From positions 330,026,001 to 330,090,000 of the forward strand of contig OZ024741.1 of NCBI GenBank assembly GCA_964016885.1: a stretch of DNA of 64,000 nucleotides, written 5' to 3'. Source of the stretch: Eledone cirrhosa. Lineage: Eukaryota. This document shows positions 41,437-52,826 of this stretch, one piece after another (within the stretch, counting starts at the first letter, position 1; each line of letters begins with the position of its first letter). Under the pieces are notes generated by a model. That model ran no database searches and was not told where the DNA came from. It saw only the letters and a program-made list of their open reading frames with translations. The position numbers and the translations under genes were made by a program.

Positions 41437-42123
41437 TCAATGTTCACTCTCAGTGTTTTTTTTTACTCTGTGGATCTTCTGATGTATTTTGAGGGCAGTG
41501 CTAGACATAAAGCTTTTCTCACAACAATCACAACTATAAGGCCGTTCTCCAGTGTGCAAACGTCTGTGAATGACTAAGGTGGAATTCATTGAAAATGTTT
41601 TGTTACAGTGCTCGCAGTCATAAGATTTTGGTTTGGAGTGTGTGTATCTGTGTTGAGAAAGGTGACCACTTTGGGAAAATGATTTGTCACAGAATTCACA
41701 CTGATAAGGTTTCTCTCCAGTGTGTGTGAGTATGTGTTTAGACAGGGTAGAACTTTGAGAGAATGTTTTACCACAATATTCACAGTTGTATGGTTTTTCC
41801 CCAGTGTGAGTAAGGATGTGCTTAGATAGGGTAAAACGTTGAGAAAATGCCTTTCCACAGTATTCACAAGTGTGTGGTTTCTCTCCAGTGTGTGTAAAAA
41901 TGTGTCTAGTCAAGTTAATCTTTTCGGTAAATGTTTTGCTGCAGTGTTCGCAGCTGTAAGGTCGTTCTCCAGTATGAATTCTCACATGGCGTACAAGCTG
42001 AATATTCTCAGGAAATGACTTACCACAGTTTTCGCAAATAAATTTTTTCCCACCAGTAAGCATTTTTGCTTTACATTTTAATATTTTTTGCAAAAACTCA
42101 TAAGAAAACTGTTGATTTTCCAT
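41437..42123 (-). CDS. C2H2 zinc finger protein, 7 tandem fingers (228 aa; may have upstream exons)
   Basis: 7 x C-x2-C-x12-H-x3-H with TGE(K/R)P linkers. A polypyrimidine tract and AG acceptor at 42134-42133 lie 9 nt upstream of the ATG, in frame. Confidence 0.93.
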   Translation of the reverse strand: MENQQFSYEFLQKILKCKAKMLTGGKKFICENCGKSFPENIQLVRHVRIHTGERPYSCEHCSKTFTEKINLTRHIFTHTGEKPHTCEYCGKAFSQRFTLSKHILTHTGEKPYNCEYCGKTFSQSSTLSKHILTHTGEKPYQCEFCDKSFSQSGHLSQHRYTHSKPKSYDCEHCNKTFSMNSTLVIHRRLHTGERPYSCDCCEKSFMSSTALKIHQKIHRVKKNTESEH

Positions 42124-42859
42124 GGTTGAAAACTAATTGGAAAACAAAACAGAGGAAACAAACTGAAGACACAGTAAAAGTGCAACAAAGGTGTAATGAA
42201 GGTAATAAATGATAAGGTGAAATTGCAGATGGCTTGATATGTGTTGTCTTCAGATCTTAATATGAAAACCTATCATGTAGTTTTAAATTGCTCTTCAAGC
42301 TGCTCGGTTGTTACCAGCTAGCTACAGGCTAGCTCTATTTGATATATAAAAAAATAAACATTTTACAGGGGGGGTTGTAATGGATAGATAGATAATATGA
42401 CAACTTCTTGGTTTAAGAATTGTGAATTCTTATCTGGGCTACTTGGACAAGGCAGTGGTCTTTTATCCTTCTCTTCTTCCAACTCTATCTGGAAGCAAAG
42501 AACACAAGAAAAGAAATAGTGAAAATGATGAAGGGCTAAACTAAATGGAAACTAAAAACTACTTCGATAATTTGTAGAACCAAGATGGAATGATTGTTAC
42601 TCAAGAATTCCTTGATGGGATCTATATAAATACTTTTTGTTCTATATACTCTGAAAAATGGCTGATGATATCAGATATCTGGGAAAATATTACAAATAAT
42701 AGAGAATCAAATGGGATTGAAACAAATATGCTGTGTACACTCCTGTATAAGTCGTACCAACATTTACAATGTACCATACTTTGAATTGAGCTTTTGTAGA
42801 TCAGGTGGATATGCAGCACCTCCAGTTTACATACAACATTTATAATGAACCATAAATGT

Positions 42860-44071
42860 ACCATGTTGAGTCATAAATAATTTCCATTTTAGTAAAATAA
42901 TTTATTCCTGAATAATTTAACAATGAATTAATTTCAATCAATAGTATATTCACCATTATTTTGAATCAGCTCTTGCCATTTATCAAGTAGCTTGTTGATT
43001 CCTCTCAACTAAAACTCAGCTGGTTTCAAGCTCAAGACGTTTTCCACAAACGTTTTCACCTGATGTTCTCGAGAAAATCTTTTGCCATTCAGAGCATTTT
43101 GTAGAGAACGAAAAAGATGGAAATCACTTGGTGAAAGGTCTGGTGAATATGGTGGATGGGGTAGAACAGACCAGCCTAAATCCAATATTATTTCCTGTGT
43201 GATTCTTACTAAATGTGGCTTTGCATTATCATGGAGAAGCACAATGTTTCTCCTGTTCATGGATGCAGGGCGTTTTCTTAGAAGATTTTCATGCATACGT
43301 TGCAGCTGTTGAGAGTATAAGTCTACACTGAGTGTCTGATTGCGGTTTAAAAACTCAAAATGAATAATACTGTGGTGATCCCACCATACACACAGCAGAA
43401 CGTTTCTTCCATGAAGCTTTGCCTTTGGGGTAAGCTGTAGAGATTTATCTTCGTCAACCCTTTTGCATTGAACATTATCATAAAAGACCCATTTTTCATC
43501 ACCTGTAATGATATTCTTGTGAAACAGGTCATTTCTCTGCCGTGTTGCTATGAATAGGCGATCTTCCTTATGCTTCTTACTAAGAGTATGAAGAACCCAA
43601 ACACCCAGCTTGCTCACTTTTCCTATCTTTTCCAAGTAGTGGCGGATTGGGATGTGTTGAGGTCAAGTTGTATTCCACCAATTCTCTTAAAGCATCTTGA
43701 TTAAGTCTGGGTTCATCTCTCAATGATGTATCCTCAAAACAAAACTTGGAAAATCAGTTTTGGACTTGGTGGTCTGTAATGACACCATAAACACTACAAA
43801 TTTTCTTAGCAATTTCTGTAGCGTTTTTTTGTTATTCTTAAACTCCCACAGCATTACATGTTGAATATGCACTTTCAGTTCCTCCATTTTAGGGGTGTCA
43901 AATCATAGATTAAATTATGATGCACACTCTTACACTAAAGAAATAAGAATGTCCAATGAAGACTCTCTCTGATCAGGTAATTTCCGGTTGCATTTAAAAC
44001 ATTGAAAGTTTGAAATGCATAGTTACAACTTACATTTAAAAAATGAAAATTATTTATGACTCAACCCAATA
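42860..44071 (-). mobile_element. Mariner (DD34D) transposon, near full length, defective
   Basis: TIRs gttgagtcataaataatttccattt (42865) and aaatgaaaattatttatgactcaac (to 44065). Transposase motifs WVLHTL, TGDEKWVFYDN, LHDNAKPH, HPPYSPDLSPSDFHLF. Confidence 0.93.
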
Positions 44072-44703
44072 TCTTTAGCTGAGGTTTTGTAGGTCCAGTA
44101 GATAAATCTAAGTCACATGCTGGGTTTTCATGTATTTCCACGGGAAATGTTGCAGCTTACGAGTGTATATATATATGTGGTATTTGAAAACCACATTTTG
44201 TAAGACATAGCTAACCAATTCAGATGTTCAGACAAAAGATAAGGCAACATTTACTCCAGTCATAAATATTCATAAAGATTAATTAAAGTCTATAGATATC
44301 AAGAAATGTTCAAAGTGGAGCTTTCAAATTGAATTGAGAGCAAAACAAACCAAACGAAAAAACGGAGCAAAAATATTGTCTACAGACCGTAAATATTGAT
44401 TAGACATATGCAGCCTATAGATACCTGTTGGTTTGGTCATGTTGCCACAAACAAGGTGGACTTATTTATGACGCAGTTCATTCAATAAAGACTGGTATAG
44501 GATGGTCATAATGATTGAACAGAGTGGGTAACCGAGCCTGTGAAAATGTGTATATAAACTACTAAGAGTGAATGTGTATACAAGGGTGCACAACCCACCT
44601 TATGATGAGCCACATCCTGTGGCTCAATGCTTGATAAAGGCTACCCATACATGCTTTAGATTATTATCCTTATCATTTTATGACCACTGTCTTTAATGGC
44701 ATA

Positions 44704-44906
44704 TATGAGAGTTGACTGAAAAGTTCATAGGTCAATTTATGAAGGAGTGATGCTAGAGTTGTGAAATCTTGCATGCATTAATTTCAACTCTTCTCATTAA
44801 TAACTGCATTGTTTCTTTCCAGGGACTATTTTGAAAAATAAACCTTATTTTGTCACACCATGAGAGTATATTGGTCAGCCTATGAAGATTTCAGCCAACC
44901 CTTGTA
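44704..44906. mobile_element. Mariner-derived MITE
   Basis: Imperfect TIRs gagagttgactgaaaagttcataggtc / gcctatgaagatttcagccaacccttg, with TA flanks. Confidence 0.65.
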
Positions 44907-45167
44907 TAAGCCCTTCAAGTACATGTTTCCTTGTGGTAGTTTCGATGATAGACACACCTTCAGATGAAGGCCAAATTAGGTCCAAATATTGATTATAGGT
45001 GTTTATTTTTTTCAATTTACAGGGAAATTCATATTTTCTGGTATGTTTACACATCTAAATATTAAAAATGTGTATATTTATATACGCATTGATGCACTCT
45101 TAGTTATCCACTCTGTATATATACAGATATAACTTTATCATACACTTCAGCTGCTTAGCGCACTTCT

Positions 45168-45224
<57 letters not shown>

Positions 45225-45238
45225 ATATATATATATAC

Positions 45239-46191
45239 ATGAGGTACACTCAAGAAGTTTTGAGACTTTTTCTTTCCAGGCACTTTTAATTGACCTACGT
45301 AACTCACATATACATTCTAATACATTCTTGATATAGTTATAAGCTAAAATGCCAAATCGTTTTTTCCAGATTGAAGGTTCCGACCGCTACAGTTGACGTG
45401 AGGATAACATGGAGGCTCAATATGCAGTAAAGTTTTGTGTCAAGTTGGTCAAAAATGCTACAGAACCCTATGAAATGGTCAAAACTGCTTACAGACTAAC
45501 TTTCATGAGCCGGGTGACTGTTTTCTACTGGCACAAGAGGTTCCAGGAGGGCAGGGAGCAGATGAGAAATAACAATAGGTGTGGCAGGGTAAAGGGGCCA
45601 CAAATTTCTGGACAAGGAACATTGTGCACAGAGTCCTTCATGATGATCTAAGTATGCGCAGAGTTTGTTCCCAGGATGCTCAATGAAGATCAAAGGCAGA
45701 GGCGAGTTGATGACAGCAGGGAAATGGTCGAGTGGATCAGTTCAAGTCCAAGTGTCCTTGAGTCTCTGGTAATCTGTGATAAGAGCTGGGTCTACTGTTA
45801 TGATCCAGAGACCAAGACCCAACAAAACCAGGCAAAGCATGTCCACTGGGAAGCTCATGATGATCCTATTCTTCGACAGTAAGGGCATCATCTACAACCA
45901 ATGGGCCCCCCTCCCACGGCCAGACAGTTAACAAAGATTACTATATAGAGGTTTTGAGGCAATTCAGAAAGAGATTTTATTGCAAGAGACCAGAACTCTT
46001 CAAGTCTGGTTAGTGGCACATACACCAAGACAATGCCCCTGGTACAAATCCATCCTAGTGACCAAGTACTATGGGGGATAAAGACTGTTCCTCCTCCTCC
46101 CTACAGTCCAGGTTTAGCCCCATGCAACTTCTGGATTTTTTTGTTGATCTAAGTTAAATAAATGTCTCAAAACCTCTTGAGTGTACCTTGT
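45239..46191 (+). mobile_element. Mariner transposon (second family), internally deleted
   Basis: TIRs gaggtacactcaagaagttttgagac / gtctcaaaacctcttgagtgtacctt. Peptides QYAVKFCVKL.KNATE, CDKSWVYCYDPETK, HQDNAP, PYSPGLAP. Inserted in (TA)n. Confidence 0.9.
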
Positions 46192-46236
46192 GTGTGTGTG
46201 TATATATATATATACACACACACACACACATATATA

Positions 46237-46515
46237 TACGATATTAACAAATGGAAACTATATTTATAAAACCATATTTATTTCATTATACATATTTCAA
46301 GGACACCAAGTTAAATTATGGTGTGCTTTCATCAGATAAAGCACACCATAATTTAACTTGGTGTCTTTGAAATATGTATAATGAAATAAATATGGTTTTA
46401 TAAATATAGTTTCCATTTGTTAATATCGTATTTTTACTCCAATTATTTGTTGAGTGCTTTATATCAGTTATAAAAATATTTGCTTGTTGTATCCCAACAA
46501 TTTAAATAGAACTTT
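46237..46515. mobile_element. Hammerhead-bearing repeat with terminal inverted duplication (Penelope pLTR-like)
   Basis: ~93-bp inverted arms 46237-46329 and 46338-46430, then a direct match to 4740-4820; (TA)n on both sides. Confidence 0.75.
46281..46340 (-). ncRNA. Minimal hammerhead ribozyme, same sequence as 4635-4694
   Basis: Minus strand reads tttat-CUGAUGA-aagcacacca..tggtgtcctt-GAAA-tatgta-UA-atgaa. Confidence 0.65.
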
Positions 46516-46518
46516 TAC

Positions 46519-46553
<35 letters not shown>

Positions 46554-46739
46554 CATATATAATATAAAATACATGCCAAACTGGTATATCCCTTCCTAGG
46601 TACACAGAGTTTCCCGAAGTAGGTTGCCATATATCTTATATAATACGGTATATTTACCTTTATGTTTACACAACTAGGGCTCTTTCTTTAGTGATTACAA
46701 TTCCACATTCAGACAACAATATATATATATATATGGCGG

Positions 46740-48530
46740 GATGGGCTAAGTAGAGAACACTATCAGGTGGCTAGGAGAGAAGCTAGGTGACAAGAGTACT
46801 TTGCAAAAAGGGAAGCAGAGGATAGAAAGTTCAAGCATGTTCTACAACGCGAGTACCAAAAATGCGAGGTGTTCAGAATTGCAAGACAATGTCTCAAGGA
46901 AAATTGTGATATTGTCAGGGAGAAGTGTGTCCGTAATGATGATGGTGTGCTTCCCCTCATTGATACTAATAAGAAGGTAGGTTGGAAGTGTCACTACGAG
47001 AGACTATTAAATGAGAAGAAAATAAATGGGATAAAGATAGTCTGCCCCAAATTGATCCAACAAAGGGACCAACTGTGCAAGTTAATGGTAAGTAAAGCAA
47101 TCAAAGATATGAAGACAGGCAAGGCAGCTGGGCCTTCAGAGATAGTTGCTGAGATGTTGAAAGCATCTGGAATGGTGGGACATACTATGGTCAGCTGGAT
47201 AGTAGTAACCCAAGTGATGCAGAATGGGGTCATACCAAATGACTGGCATAGCAGCATCATCGTTAACTGCTACAAGGGTGAAGGTAATGATCTAGATTGA
47301 GAAAACTAGAGGCACTAAGTTAGTTGACTAGGTCATGAAGGTCACAGAAAGAGTTATTGTACAACTGATGAGAGACCAAATTGATCTAGATGAAATGTAG
47401 TTTTGGTTTGTGCCAGGTAAAAGTACCATGGATGCTCTCTTCCTTGTACGGCAACTACAGGAGAAGTAACTAGTTAATAGTTAAACCCCTCTACTTAGCT
47501 TTTGTTGACTAGGAGAAAGCCTTTGACAGAGGCCCCCACTCCATTATCTGGTGGACTCTTAAAAAACTAGGAGTAGATGAGTGGCTTGTGAGAGTTATAC
47601 AAGCCATGTATAGAGGAACAGTCAGCGAGGTTAGAATTAACAATGAATATAGTGAAGAATTTAGCGTAAAAGTAGGTGTTCACCAAGGCTCCACCCTTCT
47701 GTTTAGTATTGCCCTACAGGCTATAACAGAAGAGTTTAAGACTGGCTACCCATGGGAACTTCTATATGCAGATGATCTAATTCTCGTAGCTAAATCTATG
47801 GCTGAACTAGAGAAGAAATTCCAAACATGGAAGCATGGCCTAGAATCAAAAGGCCTTAAAGTTAACTTGTCTAAGACTAAAATTCTAGTATGTAGAAAGG
47901 AAAATAGGGCTCAGGTTCCCTCTGGGAAATGGCCATGCTCAGTGTGTAGGAAAGGAGTAGATAGAAATTCCATTCTATACCCCAAATGCAAACTATGGGT
48001 ACATAAAAGATGTAGTGGGTCACAGGCAAGCTAAGAATGTAAATTTTATATGTGGCCGCTGCTCAGGTGCAGTAAGTGGCAAGTGCCCACTGGATACTAG
48101 CTCCTTCAACTGCCCAGATGGTTCTATAGAAATAGTAAACACTTTCCACTATCTGGTTGACAAAATCTGCAGTGGAGGAGGGTATTCTGAAAGTACAGTA
48201 GCCAGAGTTAGAACAGGATGGAAAAAGTTCAGAGAGCTAATACTGCTGTTGGCCACAAAAGGTTTCTCCCTAAAAATGAAAGGCAGATTGTATGATGCTT
48301 GTATACAAACAGCAATGTTACATGGCAGTGAGACCTGGGGATTGTGTGCAGAGGATCTGCGCAGATTGGAAAGGAACGAAGCATGCATGCTCCGATGGAT
48401 GTGTAATAGTAATATACATGAATGGTAAAATGTAAACAAACTAAGTGAAAAATTAGGAATAAGAGGGATCAGATGCAGTTTACTTGAGACGAGACAGCTG
48501 TATAAAAAAGAGCAGGGCGATCAAAATTGA
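46740..48530 (+). mobile_element. RTE-clade LINE fragment (RT region), decayed
   Basis: KDMKTGKAAGPSEI, LAFVD.EKAFDR, VGVHQGS, LLYADDL, GLKVNLSKTK, LHGSETW; multiple stops. Confidence 0.9.
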
Positions 48531-49389
48531 TCCTCCCGCACCACCCTTTCTCTGTAAAGTTATCATGGTACTACAGAACATCCAGTCCACACTAAAGTGG
48601 TCGTGTAGGTGTCACAACAAAAAGCACTCAGCACACACTGTAAATGTGGTTGGCGCTAGGAAGAGCATCAAGCCATAGGAAACCAGCCAGAAACAGTTCT
48701 ATACGAGCGAGACACGGTCACCTGACCCAACTTGCTTCAAGTGGGACAAACCCGTCTAACCCATACTAGAGTGAAAGATAGATGTTAAATGATAATGACG
48801 ATGATGATGATATATATATATATATATATAAAGGGTTTTGATCAATATCTAGCGATTTCGATTTCATTGTTTACAATTTATATATATATATATATATATA
48901 TAGTTTAATGGTTTGTAACTTTACATTACTAATGGTACACCATCTTGAGCACTCGATGCATAGGTGGGTCCATTTTAGTATAGTATTTGGTATTGAACAT
49001 TTGGTGTTATACTATGGTCACTCTCCTTCATAAGCAGAGTGTTAATAATAATAATAAGTAGGAACGAGGTGTTAAAGGACCATCATTAAGTTCATTCAGG
49101 TGCGCGACCATTAAGGAAACTACGAGCCTGATGAGCTTTCACTCCAGAGTTGGGCCTGATCAATATGGATTGTACCTTGAGCTGATCAATCGCGAAACGT
49201 GCGTCACACATGGATAAACTTAATGATGATACTTTGACACCTCGTTCCTACTCATCATTATTATTATTACACAACCATATAAAGGTAAAGAATATTTTAA
49301 ATCTTAATGTGATGCTGGTCTTTTGCCCATCACACAGAGTTAAACTTGATCGCCAAACGGGTCCTGGTTCGGGTAAATATCCCCAAAGT

Positions 49390-49926
49390 TCTTGTTTATC
49401 CAGAATTGATGGGCAGAGACCAGACGGTCTTACTCTTTGTCCCTGGGTGAGAGGTAGATGTCTCATCTGGGACGTCATAGTCAGTGACTATTTTGCTCCC
49501 TCCCACATCATGGACGCCGCAGTAAATGTGTGTGTGTGGGGGGGGGGGGGGTCACTGCTTCCGTTGCCAAAAGGAATAACATTCGGAAATACCTGGACTT
49601 ATCTAATAATTATTTTTTCCAGACTGTGACAATCGAGACGTTTGGTGGAGTTGGGCCGCTGACAGCGAAGTTCTTGACAACGTTGGGGCTCACCTTACAG
49701 AGGTGTCAGGTGATGCCCGTGAGGTTGCCTGGTTATTCCAGCGCCTTAGCCTCGCCATCATCCGTGGTAATGCTGCGAGTGTGTTGGCTTGCCTCAAAAT
49801 GTGTAGTTAACTATTAAGGTAATGAGGTGCGGTCGATTGTCGCACTTGGTGTTGATCCCCCTCTCTCCATTTTTTTCCTTTATCATTATTGTTCAATCAA
49901 TTATATATATACAATCGTGAATAAAA
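49390..49926 (+). mobile_element. CRE-like (restriction-like endonuclease) non-LTR retrotransposon 3' end
   Basis: DGQRPDGLTL.PW.RGR.LIWD, then K..KY, ETFG, FQRLSLAIIRGNA across frameshifts; AATAAA near 49920. Confidence 0.75.
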
Positions 49927-50649
49927 ATGTCCACAGCAAGATAGGTAAAAGACAGCATTTGAATTTGTTTATACTTTCTGCATTCCTACGATAATTCTAT
50001 GGGCATGTAAGGTAAATATTATTTGTATTTAATCCTTAAATCGATAAAATAAAGTACCAGTAATACACTTGAATTATTGCTGGCCTTGTGCCAAAAGTAG
50101 AAACAATTATTTGTATTTAATCGATTCTGGTGAGATTATTATAACAGGAATGGAATAGCCCGGTTTATTTAACAAAATGGTCGTAAATCAAATAAATGAT
50201 TTAATTGGAATCTTTATCCTTATATATATATATATATATATATTAGAAAGAGTCAGGGTCCGACGGTTGAGCCCTTGCCGTTTCGACAGCTAATTCCAGA
50301 CACTGAGTCTAGTACGAGCTGTCGAAAAGGTAACAGCTCGGCTGACAAGCCGACTCTTTCTAACATAGTAACACTCTACTATCCCAAGTATTGAGTACTT
50401 TGTTGAATAATGGTCTTACTAATTTAATCCTGTGTGTATATATACATACACACACACACCCATACTAATGTTAAAAGGAAAGAAAAAGCAGTTCGTTCCA
50501 ACAAACCTTATAAGATACAGAACAAGTGTCAGAAGTAACTTTTTCAGGCTTGTCAAAGAATATAAGAATGTGAAGGGGCTTCAACTTGTCAAGGATTTTT
50601 TTTTTTTTTTATAAACGACGAGTGAAAAACAACAAAGAAATTACGTTCA

Positions 50650-50675
50650 CCATAACTTCCGGTTCCGCCGGAAAT
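50650..50675 (-). promoter_or_regulatory. Paired ETS (CCGGAA) motifs, candidate promoter of the minus-strand zinc-finger gene
   Basis: acttccgg at 50655-62 and ccggaaat at 50668-75, next to a minus-strand donor aac|gtaatt at 50644. Assignment to the gene is inference. Confidence 0.4.
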
Positions 50676-51059
50676 CTTATGTGTTGTCTTGCGGCTCCTT
50701 TTGACTTCTCTAGTCTCGGACTGTAATAACCCGTCTAATCCATGTCAACATGGAAGGTGCACATAAAATATCGATAGTGATGATGATGACAAGTACATTG
50801 TCTGATGTCTCCTTCCTTTCTTTTCATGATGAAATTTGGCTGCTATTTTTAGTAAGTTGTACAACCATGTATTGGTTCCTTCATTACCTCTAGACTCATC
50901 CTGGTCACGGATGAAGCGTTTCTGATCATAAGTGTGCTCGTTCGGAGTTGACCTTGGACTAAACAACGATAGCAATAAAAACAGTAGACATATCAACAAG
51001 GGAGCATATATACGTGATCACTTCACCTGCTAGAAATAGTAGCCAAGCTATTAGCTAGT

Positions 51060-51589
51060 TACCATGCTATTAGCTGTCAGAAGTTAAAATTTCGTCAACC
51101 TTCTCAATCGTAAACATCGTTTATTTCCGTATTACCACGCGTTATTTTAATAAAGCATATCGATGTAAGTGGAGTTACTTAAATGAAAATATAAGTGGCC
51201 CTTAAAAGGGCCAAATTAGAAAACAAATTTAAGTTAATTAGAAAACAAGTCATGGTTATCAAATAAATTGGATTTAATCATTTATATTTTCATAGTCATT
51301 GTTATCAATGTAGAAAACAAGTCATTTTCACAATTTTTTTTCACCAACCCTATACATGAAATTGATAACCATGACTATGAAAATATAAATGATTAAATCC
51401 AATTTATTTGATAACCATGACTCGTTTTCTAATTTGGCCCTTTTAAGGACCACCTATATTTTCATTTAAGTAACTCCACTTACATCGATATGCTTTATTA
51501 AAATAACGCGTGGTAAATACGGAAATAAACGATGTTTACGATTGAGGAGGTTGACGAAACTTTCACTTCTGACAGCTAATAACATGGTA
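51060..51589. mobile_element. Foldback/MITE with ~250-bp terminal inverted repeats
   Basis: 51060-~51309 is the near-perfect reverse complement of ~51361-51589; gccaag lies on both flanks (51042-47, 51595-600). Confidence 0.85.
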
Positions 51590-52688
51590 GTGCCGCCAAG
51601 TGTCTTAAAGAAAAGGAAAGACTGTTAGGGTGGTCACGATTGGAACACTTTCGTTAATGTCTACCGGATCAGATAGGGTGTTCACAATTGGAACGTCGAT
51701 GGTCAAAGGCTTGCTCAGATATACCAGAATTTATTCTAAGACGCTCCTGCTGTGACCATTGTTGGTATTTAGTACCAGCTCAGCTCTGATCCCAGACCTT
51801 TGCTCGAAGACGTTCCAGTCATGACCATCCAGTGTTAGTATTTAAGTTAACTATGGTTCAACAGGCCTTTGTTTGAAGATGTTCCAGCCATGACCACCCA
51901 GATTTTTTCCAGTTGTGACCATCCCAGCTTTTTATTCTCGCTATTATTTTTAGTTCCAGGTCACCTCCCTTCTGATTACTGAATGCTAGCACATTACTAC
52001 ACCAGCTTCTACAATTCTTGCACTTAATTCAGCCTCCTGCCTTCCAGCACTCATGAACACAGCCCCGAGATACTTTAACTCCTCTACCTGCTTTAGTGGA
52101 ACTCCATTTTAGTGAAACACATGTAGAGTGCACTGTACAGGCTTCATTGAAAGGTTTCGCAGCACTGATTTCATTCCAGCAATGCAGCACTCGGTATCAA
52201 CGTGCAAGTTGAAGATCACCTTATGTTGAGTTAAGTATCACCATGTCTTCTGCAAATTCCAGCCGATTGATTTTACCCATTGCCTGTTGTAATACCACTT
52301 CCAACCTAGCTGCACTTGTCAATCCTGTTCATGAAAATAATTAATTTTCCCTTCCCTTAAAATTGTTTGCCTCCAGCCTAAATCAGAAACCATTTTTATG
52401 TTGGTGTTTGCAGCATAACTTAAAAAAGGTTCTTACATAAAATTATAATGAAAGGTTTTTAGATAAATATATACATTTTAAAACAAACTATTTTGTATCA
52501 TAGAACCAGGGAAGATTTCAGGCAGTCTATTATCAAATGGGTTAATTGAAATGGAATGTTTTTCATTAGAAATACAATCACAAAAGGTTAAATAGATAAA
52601 TAAATATGCAAGAAACCAGAATATTTTTTAAATAATTTTAATTAAATAAAAAACACAAACAAAACAAAAATAAGGAAATGTAGAAATT

Positions 52689-52826
52689 CTAAATTTTCCA
52701 TATAGGTTTCCGTTGTTTTTTCTTTCTGAAGGTTGGCGGCAAGTTCTCTGGAATAACATCTTTAGATGGATCTTTGTGTTTCAAAATAATCAGTCCCTTC
52801 ACCGTCACCTTTTCTTTGTCATTCAT
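52689..52826 (-). CDS. MRPL9: Mitochondrial ribosomal protein L9 (bL9m), coding exon 7 (last)
   Basis: tttcag|MNDKEKVTVKGLIILKH...KPIWKI*; phase 0, 138 nt. Confidence 0.82.
   Translation of the reverse strand: MNDKEKVTVKGLIILKHKDPSKDVIPENLPPTFRKKKQRKPIWKI

Noticed and set aside
41586-41867. Alternative-frame ORF in the zinc-finger gene
   Set aside because: Typical off-frame product of repetitive C2H2 codons.
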